A stretch of DNA of 64,000 bases, from assembly GCA_000004985.1 (NCBI GenBank), contig GG738858.1. One strand, written 5' to 3'. Under the pieces are notes generated by a model that ran no database searches, had not been told where the DNA came from, and worked only from the letters and a program-made list of their open reading frames with translations. This stretch comes from Naegleria gruberi (Eukaryota). The translations under genes and the position numbers were made by a program. Positions 1-12,870 of the stretch are shown here, piece by piece; positions within the stretch are counted from its first letter, which is position 1; each line of letters begins with the position of its first letter.

Positions 1-276
1 TTTTTAAAGTGTGTTGTCATTGATTCAAATTGAAATTTTTAGCTGCTATTGGTAATTCAGCAAGGTTAGTATTTGTTTTGGAACTATGAGAGTGTTAACA
101 CAACATTTTGAAAAAGTGATACAATTGCTGCCATGCCAGAAGGTTGGAAGGCATCTATGGTAAGTGATACTCAAAATAGAGTTTATTAATGATGATTTTA
201 ATAGGGTAAGTTTATTTTAAATATATTAAGTAATAATATCGAAACTCTATTTCAATCAATTGCCATCGTACTACAG

Positions 277-440
277 GAGCTTTCACTGGAAGTATTTCTC
301 CAACAATCCCAATTTTTGCATGTTTATTCATGAAGCGACCACTCAATAATAGAACCAAATTCATTATTGGAGCATCAAGTGTTGGACTCTTAATTCCAAC
401 CTTTTTCATCAATGTCCCTTCTGGAAGTTCTCATCATTAG
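277..440 (+). CDS. Possible terminal exon of a membrane protein gene whose 5' part lies upstream of the window (AFTGSISPTIPIFACLFMKRPLNNRTKFIIGASSVGLLIPTFFINVPSGSSHH, stop at 438-440). A short exon ATGCCAGAAGGTTGGAAGGCATCTATG at 133-159 followed by GTAAGT may belong to it.
   Basis: Acceptor-like tactacag at 269-276, hydrophobic reading frame, a GTAAGT donor at 160. An overlapping minus-strand 66-aa ORF (212-412) is the alternative reading. Weak support. Confidence 0.3.
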
Positions 441-642
441 AATTTGAGATTATTTGATAAAATTCTAAGGATTTAATACAATAGTATGAGTTACTTGAAA
501 AAGAGAGAATGTAGGATGATTGAGATAGTCAACCAACATGTTGATGCAAATACTAGGAATTCAAAAATAAATTATTTTATGTACATAAGTGAAATATTTT
601 ACAATGCTAATAAAACCATGAATCTTAATTATGATTAGTCCA

Positions 643-1596
643 TTAAGCAATAATACAACCTCCTCCACTGCTACTTTGCGAACTGGATGACGCTGGTTTA
701 TACTCATTCAATCCAACAAGAATTGCTGTTTGGAGAACATTTTGTAAATTATCAGCAGTATAGGCAGAGCATTCCAAATAGGCAGCAGCTTTAAGTTCCT
801 TTGCCAGCTTTTCTCCATCTTCCTTTGTTGTTGGCACTTGTCCTTCCTTTTTGAGTTTACTCAAAGTTTCTTCATCATTTCTCAAATCTGTTTTTAATCC
901 ACAAATAACAATTGGTGTTTTTGGAACATGTTTCTTAATTTCAGGATACCAAACAGTTTTGACGTTGTCGTAGGAATCTGGAGACACAACTGAAAAACAA
1001 ATTAAAATCACATCTGAATTAGGATAAGATAGAGGTCTCAAATTCTCATAACCCTCTAAAATAATTTTCAATCATCTCAATAAATATTTAAAAAAGTAAA
1101 TTTTTAAAATTACCTTGACCAGCAGTATCCCAAAGAGAAAGAGTCACATATTGTCTTGGTTTATACTCAACACTCGAATCACTATAAATTATTAAAAACT
1201 CTGTCCAGAGAGAGGAAAGGGAGCAAAACTTACTAATTTTCAAAAATTGTAGGAACATATTTGGCTGGAAATTCGCCTTTGGCATATCTAATTAATAAAC
1301 CTATTTAAAATATTCCAATAAATAGTTTCGAATACAATTGTTCATTGTTATTATCATCAATCCAATCAATATAATTACATCATCATTAAATTATCCAACC
1401 TCTTTGAAAACTTACAAGTCTTTCCAACAGCACCATCACCAACAGCAACACATTCTATTCGAAATATTAAACTTTGCCATCACTTTCTAATAAAACTTAC
1501 TGCATCGTTTTTCAGTATCTAGCCACACAAACCAAGGCCGAACAAGCACACATTGTCAACCACACAATGAAAAGAACAATCATCACTTACCCATTT
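643..1596 (-). CDS. Rho/Rac/Cdc42-family small GTPase, multi-exon, with C-terminal CAAX box (CIIA)
   Basis: Exon with G1 P-loop ECVAVGDGAVGKT (about 1424-1466). Exon with switch II LWDTAGQ (about 1100-1190). Last exon 643-1071 has DVILICFSVVSP, GLKTDLR and CAAX CIIA. Introns have GTAAGT donors and AT-rich ..atag acceptors. The minimal first exon ATGG at about 1593-1596 after an A-run is inferred, not proven. Confidence 0.75.
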
Positions 1597-2298
1597 TTTT
1601 CTTATCGTGTTGTTGTTTAATAGCTTTTGCTTTTATTTAGAAGTATTCGGTTGTTTATTTTCCTAAACGTTTGACAAGCAGGATCCCGTAAGCACATAAA
1701 AGAGTTCTCTCTCAATGATATTTGGCTGATCTACCAAAGCAATCTTTCACTTTGAATTGTCAGTTGTTTAATAGTAATTACTTGCTTGTATGAAGAACAT
1801 GCTTTTGATGATGAAGATAATTGTTGTGTTATTTTGGTACCCACCTGGAAATGTTTTGACTTTGAAAAAAATTGTGTGATCATTAAATTGATATTATTAT
1901 TATTATTTTTGCTTATTGTTGCATTCCAGGAGTTGGTTGTTTTTCATAGTGCGGAATTGATTATTGGAAGAAGAAATAATAACATATATAATTAAATTAA
2001 TAGTAGTAGTAATGAAAAATATAATAGGATCTGAAGCTGAGGAAACGAACGATCCTAAGGATTGTACTCGGAGAAAAAAGTTTAGAAAAAGAACAGCATT
2101 TGCACCTAACAAGTTAGCCTATTTGGCATATACAGCAGGACAGCATGCCAAAAGTAGGAGGTTAGAAATAGGTATGAATTTTAAATAGTATTAATAGTAG
2201 TAATAATTAATTTAATAATAGCAAACCAGTTAAGAAACGAGGAAAATGTAAATAGTGATGAGTATTTATTTGAAAATGTAAATAGTAATGCAGATTTT

Positions 2299-2784
2299 TT
2301 GGATAATATTTCACAAAATTCGAGTGGAAGCGAATTATCACCACGTTCACCAATTAATTGTGGAAATTCAATATCAAGCACACCAACTTCATCTTTCTTA
2401 CAGGATGATGATGAATTTATAGAAAATTTAGACGTGACAAATCAATCAGGAGAAGAAGGAGAAGAGGAGACACCTGTTTTTATATTCGATATTAAAGGAA
2501 TTAATTCATTGAATCTTGGAATTAATATACCGAATGGAGCAGAAGATTTGATAAGCAATAAGGCCATTTTAAAAAAGGATTATCATTTGGTTCATTTCCT
2601 TCAAAATCTGAAAAAGAGAAGACACAAAGAATGGTTTAGAGCATTTAGAGATTTTACCAATTCGAAACGATCACAAAATCAAGGTGAAACCTCACTCGTT
2701 CTTGCTTCAGATTCAGTAATGGAAGAAAGAATTGATAATCTGATCAAAATGTTCTCAAGACAATTCTCAATTAAAAAAAAATGA
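2299..2784 (+). CDS. Hypothetical acidic or Ser-rich protein (161 aa)
   Basis: Single ORF. No recognisable domain. An upstream ORF at 1964-2188 (RKRTAF..) may be an additional 5' exon, but that is unproven. Confidence 0.35.
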   Translation: MDNISQNSSGSELSPRSPINCGNSISSTPTSSFLQDDDEFIENLDVTNQSGEEGEEETPVFIFDIKGINSLNLGINIPNGAEDLISNKAILKKDYHLVHFLQNLKKRRHKEWFRAFRDFTNSKRSQNQGETSLVLASDSVMEERIDNLIKMFSRQFSIKKK

Positions 2785-2850
2785 AAATTCTTGTCACACT
2801 CATTCAACTAATTCTATCCAATCAAAAATTATCTGTTGTAAATAAATATT

Positions 2851-3809
2851 TTATTGAGATACCACCCCTAGTGATTGTCTCAAAACTGTAGCATACGAAG
2901 CATTTCCTTGAACCATTTCTGGACCTACTTGTTGAAAGAGTTCATCCCTCTTTTCGTCCATACTACTATTAGAAGCACTGTCACTCGAGGAAGATCTTGA
3001 TGAATTTGTTGGTGAGCGAGAATTTTTAGCTCCTCTTTGGTTTGATTTTATGATTTTTGAGATTGGTATCTCAGAAATTGAATTTGTTGGTGAAGTACTA
3101 GTATTTGGAGATTTGACCTGATCATCCTTTTCGTGATTTACTCTGTTTTGAATGGTTGGATGGAAGAATTTGCAATGATAGCCATATTTACATCCCTGCT
3201 TATATGAATAGTGACAGGTACAAAATGTTAAACTATAAGGAATTTCAAATAAAATGTACAAACCTTTCCACTCAAATAAAATGTACAAACTTTAGGTTGG
3301 TAAAATGACACCTCTTCGTCACCATCTTCAAACACTTCACTGTACATACTGATATTTGGTGGAACATATTTTTGTTGATGGTGATGATGATGAGTATTGG
3401 TATTGTGATGATAAGAGTTAGGGGAAGTGAGTTGTTGTTGATTTACAAAATAGGCAGGAGGTTGTGGCATGACTTGACAATAAGGAATCATTGGAGGATT
3501 TGAAATTAATTGTTCTCTTAACAAGATATTATAGTATATCATGAATTCGTTTGGTTGAGGGTGATAGTAAGAGCATTCGATTCCATTCTTACAATATCCA
3601 TTCATAAAATATTTACAAGCAACATTATATTGCTTTGGGTCGATATCATTCATTGGGTTCATAATGATTGACACACTTGTCTGATTGTGTTGTTTTTGAG
3701 ATGAAGAACCACGAAGATAATATTGATTGGTTTTTTTCAATGTGTGTGAGGAAATTCCCCATATGAATGAATCGCTATCGGCAATACAGTCAATTTGTCG
3801 CCGCAACAA
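2851..3809 (-). CDS. Tandem CCCH zinc-finger protein, two exons (ORFs 3228-3809 and 2851-3288 joined by a short intron)
   Basis: Two C-x7-C-x5-C-x3-H motifs: CKYFMNGYCKNGIECSYYH and CHYSYKQGCKYGYHCKFFH. His/Gln-rich N-terminal part, Ser-rich C-terminus. Confidence 0.6.
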
Positions 3810-4670
3810 TTTTCTTTCATCTCAACCTCACTAATTGACCATTTTGATTGACTCTTCTTCATTTGAATGCAAAGTCAATCTATTAGGTTCTTTTTGACTT
3901 GTTGTATAAACAGGATATTGAGATAAACATTGTTGAAAGGTTCATTCATATCACGAACCGAACGATTCATATTGTTGGGAAAATGTAAACACACTCCCAG
4001 AACAAGGATTCTCTTCTTATTTTTCAACTTATTAAGAACACAGTCTGGAAATGGTAATTTTTGAAAGTGTGAAAACGGGACTCGAAAAAAATTGGCGCTA
4101 AATCTCTGATGGAGTGTGTTTACATTTTCTCAGTACATTTATGTATTGTTTGCAATTCTTGAGATGCCTTAGACAAATCGGCTTTTCATCTGATGAGGAA
4201 TTTTTGAAGGAACGAATTAAGGAGGAAATTTATCATTTTTTAAAAATAAGGGAATTGATTACATGTAGATAGCATTCGATGGTGTTGCTTCATTATTTGA
4301 TGGAACTGGACCCGATTTTCCACTAGGTGTTGAAGAAGGCACGTTAAATGTTGTTGAGACAGAATTAGATGGACTGGTTAAATTGGTCGTTGGTACAGGA
4401 GTTGGAGATGTGACAAAGGGTCTATTAGATGGAGGTGATGTTGGAGAGGAATTATTCATGTTATTGTTATTGTAATTTGGAAAATAATTGTTATGATGAG
4501 AATTTGGAATATTTTGTGTTCATTTAAATAGTATTAAGGTTCATTGGAAAGGAATGCTGGTAGCAAAGAACAGTTTGGTTGAATGAGTGTTGTTTGGAAT
4601 AATTGATTTTAATATTTTTATTGATTACGAAAATGATAATCAAAATTTAATAATATCATCTTGAAAAAAA

Positions 4671-5213
4671 ATGACAGGAACAACTGACAGCATGCCACGG
4701 TCAGCTACATCGGGAAGATTTTTAGTGATGATACTTCTTGTTGTTGTTGTTTGTTTGATGACAACACAATCGGCTAACTGTAAAAAAATTGATGTTTTTG
4801 ATGTTCTGGTAAAATATTTGAGGAAACCAGCAAGAAAAGCCAAAACAATGAATGCTGCAAAGGCCACAGACTCTTGTACTCTTCAATGCTCATCCGGTTC
4901 TACTGGACAACATGAATATCAAAAATGTGTAGACTTGTGTAAAGTTCAAATTCCTACAAAGAAAAGAAGCTCTGGAAATACAGAACTTTATGATACTTTG
5001 GCAAGCAAGATTTTGAAATTTAGCCAATTCAAGAAATTGATCGAAGGACCAGAAAATAAGACAAAAGAAGTGTCTGAAAATTGCCAAAAGTGTTTGGATG
5101 TTTGCATCAAAGATAAGAGAGGACCAGCTTGTTATGGACAATGTGGATTGAAATCTTATTGTACATTTGAGGATATCAGTATTGCACCAAATCTCTTAAA
5201 TTTTGTCAATTAA
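4671..5213 (+). CDS. Hypothetical secreted cysteine-rich protein (180 aa)
   Basis: N-terminal hydrophobic signal-like segment LVMILLVVVVCLMTTQSANC, 12 Cys, A-rich leader before the ATG. Confidence 0.5.
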   Translation: MTGTTDSMPRSATSGRFLVMILLVVVVCLMTTQSANCKKIDVFDVLVKYLRKPARKAKTMNAAKATDSCTLQCSSGSTGQHEYQKCVDLCKVQIPTKKRSSGNTELYDTLASKILKFSQFKKLIEGPENKTKEVSENCQKCLDVCIKDKRGPACYGQCGLKSYCTFEDISIAPNLLNFVN

Positions 5214-5507
5214 GTTGATATGTTATTATGACAATTTTGGACAATTCTTTTAAAAGAAAGTTTTTGAGAAGGAATTTCATAATTTCTTTCGATTTAATCT
5301 TTCACATTTTCATCGTTTTCAAAAACAACACAACATTAAATTCTTTAATCTCGATTCATAATCAATTACATTCTCAACAAATTTTGTGCACTCCATAAAT
5401 CGAAAATCAAATAATAGAACTTCTTGATTACAAAAGGAGTTTTAACATTGAACGAATGGTGGATTCTCTCTTAGCGTGCGAACAATTTAAAAAGCAAAAT
5501 CAAAAAA

Positions 5508-7578
5508 ATGTCTAATCAACCTCAACAGGTATCGGATGAGGAGAGTATTGGTGGAGCAGGTGATCAGGAGTTTACACGAACACAATCATCAACACACGCT
5601 GAGAGAGAAAATATTTCGGAAGAGGAAGAAGCTGATTTATCATCAATTCATGAAATTGTTCAACCCCAACAAAAAAGTTTATTCAGGAGATTATTTATAT
5701 TTGCTGATTATCCTATTGCTACATGGTTTATTATAATTAATGAATTATGTGAGAGATTTGCTTTTTATGGATTTAAAACAATCTTGTCATTATATTTAAA
5801 GAAGTATTTGCTTTTTTCTGAGGATAACGCAACTGTAATTGTACACTCATTTGTATTTTTAGCTTATTGTAAGTGTTATTATGAAATGTTAAATATATTG
5901 AAATTATCTTAGTCACTCCATTGATTGGAGGTTTTTTGGCAGATGCTGTTTTAGGAAAATATTGGACTATTGTAATTTTGAGCTGTATGTTAAATGATTA
6001 TTTAAATATTCAAATAATTAATTAATCGAATAGCCATTTATTGTCTTGGACAAATGGTTATCAGTGTAACTGCTATTGATGGGTTGACTGGAACACCACC
6101 TCATTGGTGGGGATGTGTGGTCGGTTTGATTTTGGTTGCAATTGGAACAGGAGGAATTAAATCTTCTGTTAGTACAATGTATGTTTATTGTTCACAAATG
6201 TAAAATATTGATTCAAATATTTGGAATTTTTCATTTATACTCAATCTTTGGTAATATTAGGGGTGGTGATCAATTTAAGGAGAATCAAACCGAATTAATT
6301 GCTTCATTCTTTGCTGTATTCTATTTTAGTATTAATCTTGGATCAACTGTTTCATCATTTGTTTCTCCAATTATTAGAACTAGTTTTGGTTATGCAGTAG
6401 CCTTTGCTGTTCCAGGTAAGTACATACACCCTTTCCTTTCACATCAATACTTCTTTCTTCAACTTCAAAAGCTGTATTATTGGTTATTGCTACCGCCATC
6501 TTTGCCCTTGGTAAGAGATGGTATGTCATAGTTCCTCCAACTGGATTCAAAAACAATCCACTTTTCAAATTTTGCAAAGTATTGGCCACAGCATTCTCAT
6601 TATTATTCAAGAGAGGAAACCAACAACCAATTCAAGACGAATCATCTGAAACTGTACCACTAGATGATGAACCAAAGAATTGGATTGATAGGGCTGTAGT
6701 TAAGCACTCAAAGAAGGATGTCTATGATGCCAAATGTGTTTGGAGTGTATGTGTAATGTTATTGCCAATTATTGTGTTTTGGAGTTTGTTCGATCAACAT
6801 TCGAGTAGATTCGTATTCCAAGCTGAATTGATGGACAGAAAAGTTGGTACATATGAATTTGGAGCTGATCAAATTACCACTTTAAATCCTGTTCTTATTA
6901 TCTTTTTGGTCATTATATTCGATAGAGTAATTTACAAATTCCTCAACAAGTTTGTAAGTATTAAGGAATATTAATTTATATGAAATAACACAAACCCTTT
7001 GAATCCTTCTAGTTCAATTTGACTCCATTGAAGAAGATTTCAATTGGTATGGTAATTGCTACTCTGTCATTTGTTTGTGCTGCTATTGTTGAGACCTTTG
7101 TTAGAATGCGTCCTCATCAAGTTCACGTTGCTTGGCAAATTCCTCAATATGTTTTATTGTCTGTTGGTGAAATTTTGGTTTCTGTTACTGGTAAGTAGTA
7201 GAATTCAAGTTAACATTCTCATCCATTCATTCATGTACATCAGGTATCGAATTTGCCTATTCACAAGCTCCAAAAGAAATGAAATCTCTCATGCAAGCCT
7301 ATTACTTGCTCACTGTTAGTATGGGTAATGTAGTTGTGGTTATCGTTGCATCAATTCCACTTCCTGAAGCTCAATTCAAACAAGTTTATGAATTCTCTTT
7401 CTTTGCCTTCTTGATGATTGTTGCCCTTGTTATTCATTTGATAATGTCTAGAAAATATCACTACAGAAAAATCAAAACTTTCACAGAGAATGGAGATGAA
7501 GTTAAGCCAACCATAGCCTCACCACCATCCAACATATCACTCGATCAACAAGTTGAATTGGATGATAAGGATCTCTAA
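5508..7578 (+). CDS. Proton-dependent oligopeptide transporter (POT/PTR2 family), multi-exon with about 6-8 short introns
   Basis: PTR2 signatures: ELCERFAFYGFKTILSLYL, FYFSINLGS (FYxxINxGS motif), VAWQIPQYVLLSVGEILVSVTG, GIEFAYSQAPKEMKSLMQAY. Exons are separated by GTAAGT/GTATGT..AG introns at 5869-5908, 5987-6040, 6181-6258, 6417-6470 and others. Ends ELDDKDL with stop at 7576-7578. Confidence 0.8.
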
Positions 7579-8051
7579 AAGAATCTCTTTTACAAATACT
7601 CAACATCATTTCCTCAATATAAATTTGTGCTTAATATATTCTATCACTCAATCTCACACAAATAATAATTGTTGCGTTTGTGGGCATTCATTGATTTTCA
7701 ATCTCGGTTATGATCAAGTGCAAGATTGTTCTATGCTAGGAGTTTATCGCTTTGGTTTTGTCCATCATCAAAAAAATCCACAAAAGTCCGTTCCCTCGGC
7801 CACACCAAAATTCTTCTTCTTGAAAAACCCTCAAATTCTAACAAGTGGTAGTGTTGTTGGTCCTATTCTTCTTCGCCACACAATACTTCACAATTGATTT
7901 TTTATTTCAAATCCTTCGGAGGAGGTAATATTTAGATTAGCGATAAATATTGTGTTGATCATCACGTTCTTCTCCACCCACAAACGTTCAAAATACAATT
8001 ATATTTACAATAGCAGCACAACAACAACAAGAAAATATATTAAATAAGAGG

Positions 8052-10102
8052 ATGGGAAACAGTGCAACAAAACCAGGTTTAATATCTAAAATTGCCACAT
8101 CAACAAGTACCGACTATAATGCTGCTCGGTTGATGATGGCCGAAGAAGATTATGATGATGAAACTGTAGAACCAGGCTTGATGATTGATTGCAAAGATCA
8201 ACTATTGAAATGTGGGCAAATGGTGGATGGACAATATAAAATTGAAAAGCTCATTGGAAAGGGAACATATGCTCAAGTTTATAAGGCAGAAAAGAAGAGT
8301 GGTAATTATGGAGAAAAATCAAATGTAGCAATCAAGTGTTGCTATTCGAGAAATGATCAGGATTGGAAATTAATTACCTCAGAAATTTTAGCAATGAAGA
8401 GCCTTAACCACACCAATGTTCTTGAGTTTTACGAGTATTTTGAAATCAAAAAAGATCAAACAATAGATACACCAACCACTACAGAGGATTGCACCCAAAG
8501 GAATGAACCACTTGTTGGTATTGTTATGGAATATTGCAATAATGGATCGATTGGAGATTTTCTTAAAAGAAACAAGCATGTGAATGCCGATTTTTTAACA
8601 ATGATCGATTGGTTTATACAGTCAGTCAAGGGATTAAGCTATTGTCACAAAATGAATTTGTGTCACAGAGATATCAAACCACAGTAAGTTATTCTTCGCT
8701 TCCAATCAAAAATCTCAATACCAAATACAGTAACATTCTCATACACTTGCCTCCAGACTCAACCAGTCAGGTAATTAAGTTGTGTGATTTTGGGCTTAGC
8801 TCACTTCTTCAAGATAAGAAAGAAAAACTCAATACTTTCTGTGGATCTCCGATCTATGCTGCTCCTGAAATTAATAGACTTTGCTATACTCTTTCTGTTG
8901 ACATTTATAGTTTGGGAATTTCGTTTCTAGAACTCTTCTCTAAAATTGAAAATAAGGAATTTCATAGTAGAATGTACAATAAGAGTAGAGACGTATCAGT
9001 TCTAACAAAAGTAATTTCAAACATACCTTTAAAATGTTTGCAAAAGATAATTACAGCCATGACCCTATTTGAACCCAAGGAAAGAATAACTGGAGAGGAA
9101 CTACTTGCTCATCCAATAATAAGAGCTCTCGAATCTACAATATTAATGTCCAAAGGTCTATATTCTGCAGATAACTTGGAGAATGCCAATGAAGAATATA
9201 TTGAAACAATATGCGAATTATTAGGGTTTTACCATAATGATACTTCAAGATTTGAGGTTCTATTCCAGCAACTTACCCAATTATTTGAGTACAAACCTCG
9301 ATTATTTGTGGATGTTGTTACCAAACAAATTAATCAAATTGGAGACGAATTTCTTTTCACCCAAGGAGTTTCTTTAGAAGCTCAATCATGTATATTATTC
9401 ATTCTAATTTCAGTTGCTATTACTCTTTGCTCACAAGAGACGCCAGTTCCAAAACGTCATTCCAGTTTAATGGACAAAAAATCCTCACTGTATAATGTTT
9501 TTGTAGATAGTTTAACGGTAATTAGTGAACATTCACCTCATATTGGCGAAGATGTTGAGCTATTGAAAACTAACATTCATCTAATTGCGAATATTAAGCA
9601 ATTTATACTCGAGTTTGCAAATATTGCAGGTGAAACTATTCAGACCACTATTCTAAGCTTCCTAATTCAAACACTAATGATGGATACAGCAAATAGATCT
9701 CCAAACAATTCATCCAATAACTCACCAAAAAATAGCTCTCCTACCTCATTATTTACAATTGATGATAAGTCATTTGTTTTCAATTTGATTAGAGAAATGG
9801 TCATTCGATTTGAAGCATGTAAAGAAATTGTAATTTTAAAAAACAAACAAATGCCAACTCCTTCTACCACAACAATGACAAGCGATCACTACGCTGCTAA
9901 CAGAATTTCACATTCATTTGGATCATCAACGACTGAATACCTAGTAGCTCATGAAGAAACAACGACCACAACCACTACAGCATCAATAGTGGATCCGGAT
10001 GAAACAGCAAATGAGATACTATCCTCAGAGGCATCTATTGAACTGAGAGTTGCTTTCCTTCGTGCTATTCACCAACGATTACTATCCAGTCAAACGTGGT
10101 GA
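8052..10102 (+). CDS. Ser/Thr protein kinase with a long non-catalytic C-terminal region, two exons (intron about 8686-8742)
   Basis: GKGTYAQVYKAEKK..VAIKC (subdomains I-II), HRDIKP at the exon 1 end with a GTAAGT donor, NILI..KLCDFGLS and GSPIYAAPE in exon 2. Confidence 0.8.
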
Positions 10103-10168
10103 GGGAAATAGGAACTATGTGGAACTTAATAAACACAAGAGATCAATCAGATTTTGTAAAGAAAAAAA

Positions 10169-11149
10169 ATGTCACATCAAACCAACAAGATTAAATTTCC
10201 AAATCAACTCGATAATTTACAGGTACTTTGCGAATTGGTTGGATCATCAAAACCAAAGAAAGTTCAATGTCCGGAAACAAATAATACATTTGTGATGAAA
10301 ATTGGATTTAATGCAGAACATATGCTGAATGAATTTAGAGTAAACTTGTGTTATTCGAGTTTCGGATGCAATATTCCTCAAACAGCCATTTATTTAAATG
10401 ATAAATTGTCAGATCTGACACAGGTTGAGAAGGCACTGAAATCTGACTCCTCCTCACAAGTGACAGTCCTCTCTCAATTTATTGAAAACGCTAAAACATG
10501 GAACGAATTCCAAAAAACAAAATCAAAAGAGGAGTGTAATATCGTCAGAAGAGAAATTAGTCGACATTTTGTTCTTGATTGTTTATTTGCAAATAGAGAT
10601 GTTATTGGAATGGATGATAGCAATATTCTCATTTCTGAAACTGTAGGGCATACTCCCCAATTCATTGCCTATCGAATTGATAATGGTGGAGCACTAAGTT
10701 TTAGAGCTCAGGGAAAGAAGAAAGATGTTGGAGAGTGGCAAGAGTTTGTCTCTGAAATTAATCTCTTCTGTGATGAATCATTTAACAAAAACACAGGGAA
10801 TATGTTCTCTGGATTTGTAAATCAAGATTCCATTCTCCAACAAACTCTCGAAATTATGAGTAATGCAGAGAGATTGATATTTCCATTCCTGGAACCAACT
10901 GATGTTCAAATAGTCCAGCAACGATTGGATTATCTTCAGAATATTCTTGGAATGTTTGCTGTTTCTTCATCAGCTCTCAGTTCCAATACTTTGGGAATTG
11001 TGGATGATCAATTTGATGAGGCAACAGAAGTCAATCAACAACTCGTTGCCTCTCTCATGGAAATGGGATTCTCCAGAGAGCAAAGTGAGATGGCACTCAT
11101 AGCCTCAAACAATAATATTGAAACAGCTCTTTCATTCCTCTTTAATTAA
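10169..11149 (+). CDS. Protein with atypical kinase-like region and C-terminal UBA domain
   Basis: C-terminal LVASLMEMGFSREQSEMALIASNNNIETALSFLF fits the UBA consensus. Central FVLDCLFANRDVIGMDDSNILI resembles the catalytic loop of atypical kinases (actin-fragmin-kinase-like). Family assignment is tentative. Confidence 0.5.
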   Translation: MSHQTNKIKFPNQLDNLQVLCELVGSSKPKKVQCPETNNTFVMKIGFNAEHMLNEFRVNLCYSSFGCNIPQTAIYLNDKLSDLTQVEKALKSDSSSQVTVLSQFIENAKTWNEFQKTKSKEECNIVRREISRHFVLDCLFANRDVIGMDDSNILISETVGHTPQFIAYRIDNGGALSFRAQGKKKDVGEWQEFVSEINLFCDESFNKNTGNMFSGFVNQDSILQQTLEIMSNAERLIFPFLEPTDVQIVQQRLDYLQNILGMFAVSSSALSSNTLGIVDDQFDEATEVNQQLVASLMEMGFSREQSEMALIASNNNIETALSFLFN

Positions 11150-11233
11150 ACAAACTCTTGATGGTTCAATAAAATCTGACAACACACACAATTTCTTGTT
11201 TGCGCCATTTTTGTTTTTTAAATTCAAAAAAAA

Positions 11234-12348
11234 ATGAATCTTCTTCTGAGTCGCTTGAAGTTATTGTTGTTCGCTAAGGCAACTTTTGTATTCAACTTGT
11301 TGGGAATTGTTTTTCTCGTCCTTACCTATAAACCTTACTGCTCTGATAATGGTAAGTTATTCGGATCAGATTTAATTTATTTAAAACAATTAAAGCACAA
11401 GGATCATCACTCTTTAAAAAAGTTTGTGTGCCTTGCCCTGAAAATTCTCTCTGCAGTTTCCGTAAAGTGATTGCATGTTCATATGGATACAGCTTTAGAC
11501 CTGAAAATCAAATTTGCATCAAGGATAGCAAGCAATCTCTTGAAGCCCATCAACTCTCTCTTCGTGCTCAAAGATTTATTGAAGAATCAGCCTTCCGATA
11601 TGAATGTATTGGTGATAAGAATGCTTCTTCTATGATTAGTGAAGATGAATTGTTTGAATATTCAATCTCTGAAACAACAGGATCAGAAACCTATTTGAAC
11701 AAATTATTTGATGAAACATTGTCATTGATGATGAAACATTCAAAGGTTTATCAAATTGCAACTGATGGATCCCAAAATTATTATTCATTCAAGTTCCAAA
11801 GTCTTGGTGCTTGTTTGTTGGATACTTATGAATTCACTAGAGAAGCAGATCCTTCCTATAAGAAGAAGGCAACAATTGTTTCAAGAACTAAGGCTGCAAT
11901 CCCTTCAACATCCTCTAATGATGTTGTTCCTTCTGAAAAACTCCAAAGTTTGGAACAAGAAAAGAAGGAATTGAACAATCAACTCAAACAAACCAAATCT
12001 GATATGAACAAATTGGAAAGAGAAAAGATCTTGTTGGACAATCAACTCAAACAAGATAAGTCGGACAAGGAAAAGTTAGCAAAAGAAAAGGCTTCTTTGG
12101 AAGCTCAATTGAATAAGGTTGTTAAGAGTTCAGGAGAAGAATCATCCAAAAAGGCTGAGGAATTAAGATCTGAATTGGAAAAGAAGAAACAAGAATATGA
12201 TGCTTTAATTGAAGAAGAAAGAGCTAAAGCCATCAAGAAACAACAAGCTCTAGAAAATGAAATTAAACAACTCAAAGAGCTCAAGACCAAGTTAGAAGCT
12301 GAAGTTAAAGCAATTAACACTAAGAAAGAATCTGATGATTACTTTTAA
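11234..12348 (+). CDS. Membrane-anchored coiled-coil protein (exon 1 11234-11348 encodes a TM/signal segment, intron, exon 2 from about 11437)
   Basis: GTAAGT donor at 11349, ctctgcag acceptor near 11453. C-terminal 150 aa are heptad-rich K/E/L/Q repeats (LNNQLKQTKSDMNKLEREK.. repeated). Confidence 0.5.
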
Positions 12349-12489
12349 AAATTCCTAGGCTGTAATAAATAATTATTATTTACATAATTTCAGGTTTAAT
12401 TAAATCAATCCTGAACAAAATTATTGTACAAATACAATTTAAACTCTAGGGGTATTTAGCTATGTACATGATGATGTGTGATAATAGAA

Positions 12490-12870
12490 TTATTCGTCCT
12501 TCTTTTCTTCTTTCTTTGTTGATTTCTTACCACCACCTCTCTTCTTCTTAGGAGCGTCAGCTGCTTTTTGTCTCTTTTCGTGAGAGTTATTACTTGTTCT
12601 AGATGACTTGGTTGCTTCTCCCTTCTTGTAGTCAATATTGGCTCTTCTTCTTGTACCAGTGACAATATTTGAAGCATCAATTGAACAGGAAATCTTCTTT
12701 TCTGGATCGCTTGGCTTTTTGACCTTCTTTTGTTTCTTCACACCCTTTGTAGTTTTTTCAGTACTTGGTGTTTCTTCTTCAGAAGCACTAGCAGCTTCCT
12801 TTTCTTCTTTCTTATTCTTCTTGGCAGCAGGCATTTTGTTGGTGGTGATCAATCCGATAAACAAACACAA
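12490..12870 (-). CDS. Small lysine-rich basic protein (126 aa), probably nuclear or nucleolar
   Basis: About 30% Lys/Arg, runs KKNKKEEKE, KKQKKVKK, KKKRGGGKK. No defined domain. Confidence 0.45.
   Translation of the reverse strand: MCLFIGLITTNKMPAAKKNKKEEKEAASASEEETPSTEKTTKGVKKQKKVKKPSDPEKKISCSIDASNIVTGTRRRANIDYKKGEATKSSRTSNNSHEKRQKAADAPKKKRGGGKKSTKKEEKKDE

Noticed and set aside
212-412. Minus-strand 66-aa ORF at the window start
   Set aside because: It overlaps a more plausible plus-strand terminal exon and has no domain. It cannot be resolved without upstream sequence.
1964-2188. Homeodomain protein suggested by RKRTAF
   Set aside because: Only the first six residues resemble a homeodomain N-terminus. 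The following helix-1 pattern (QL..LE..F) is absent.
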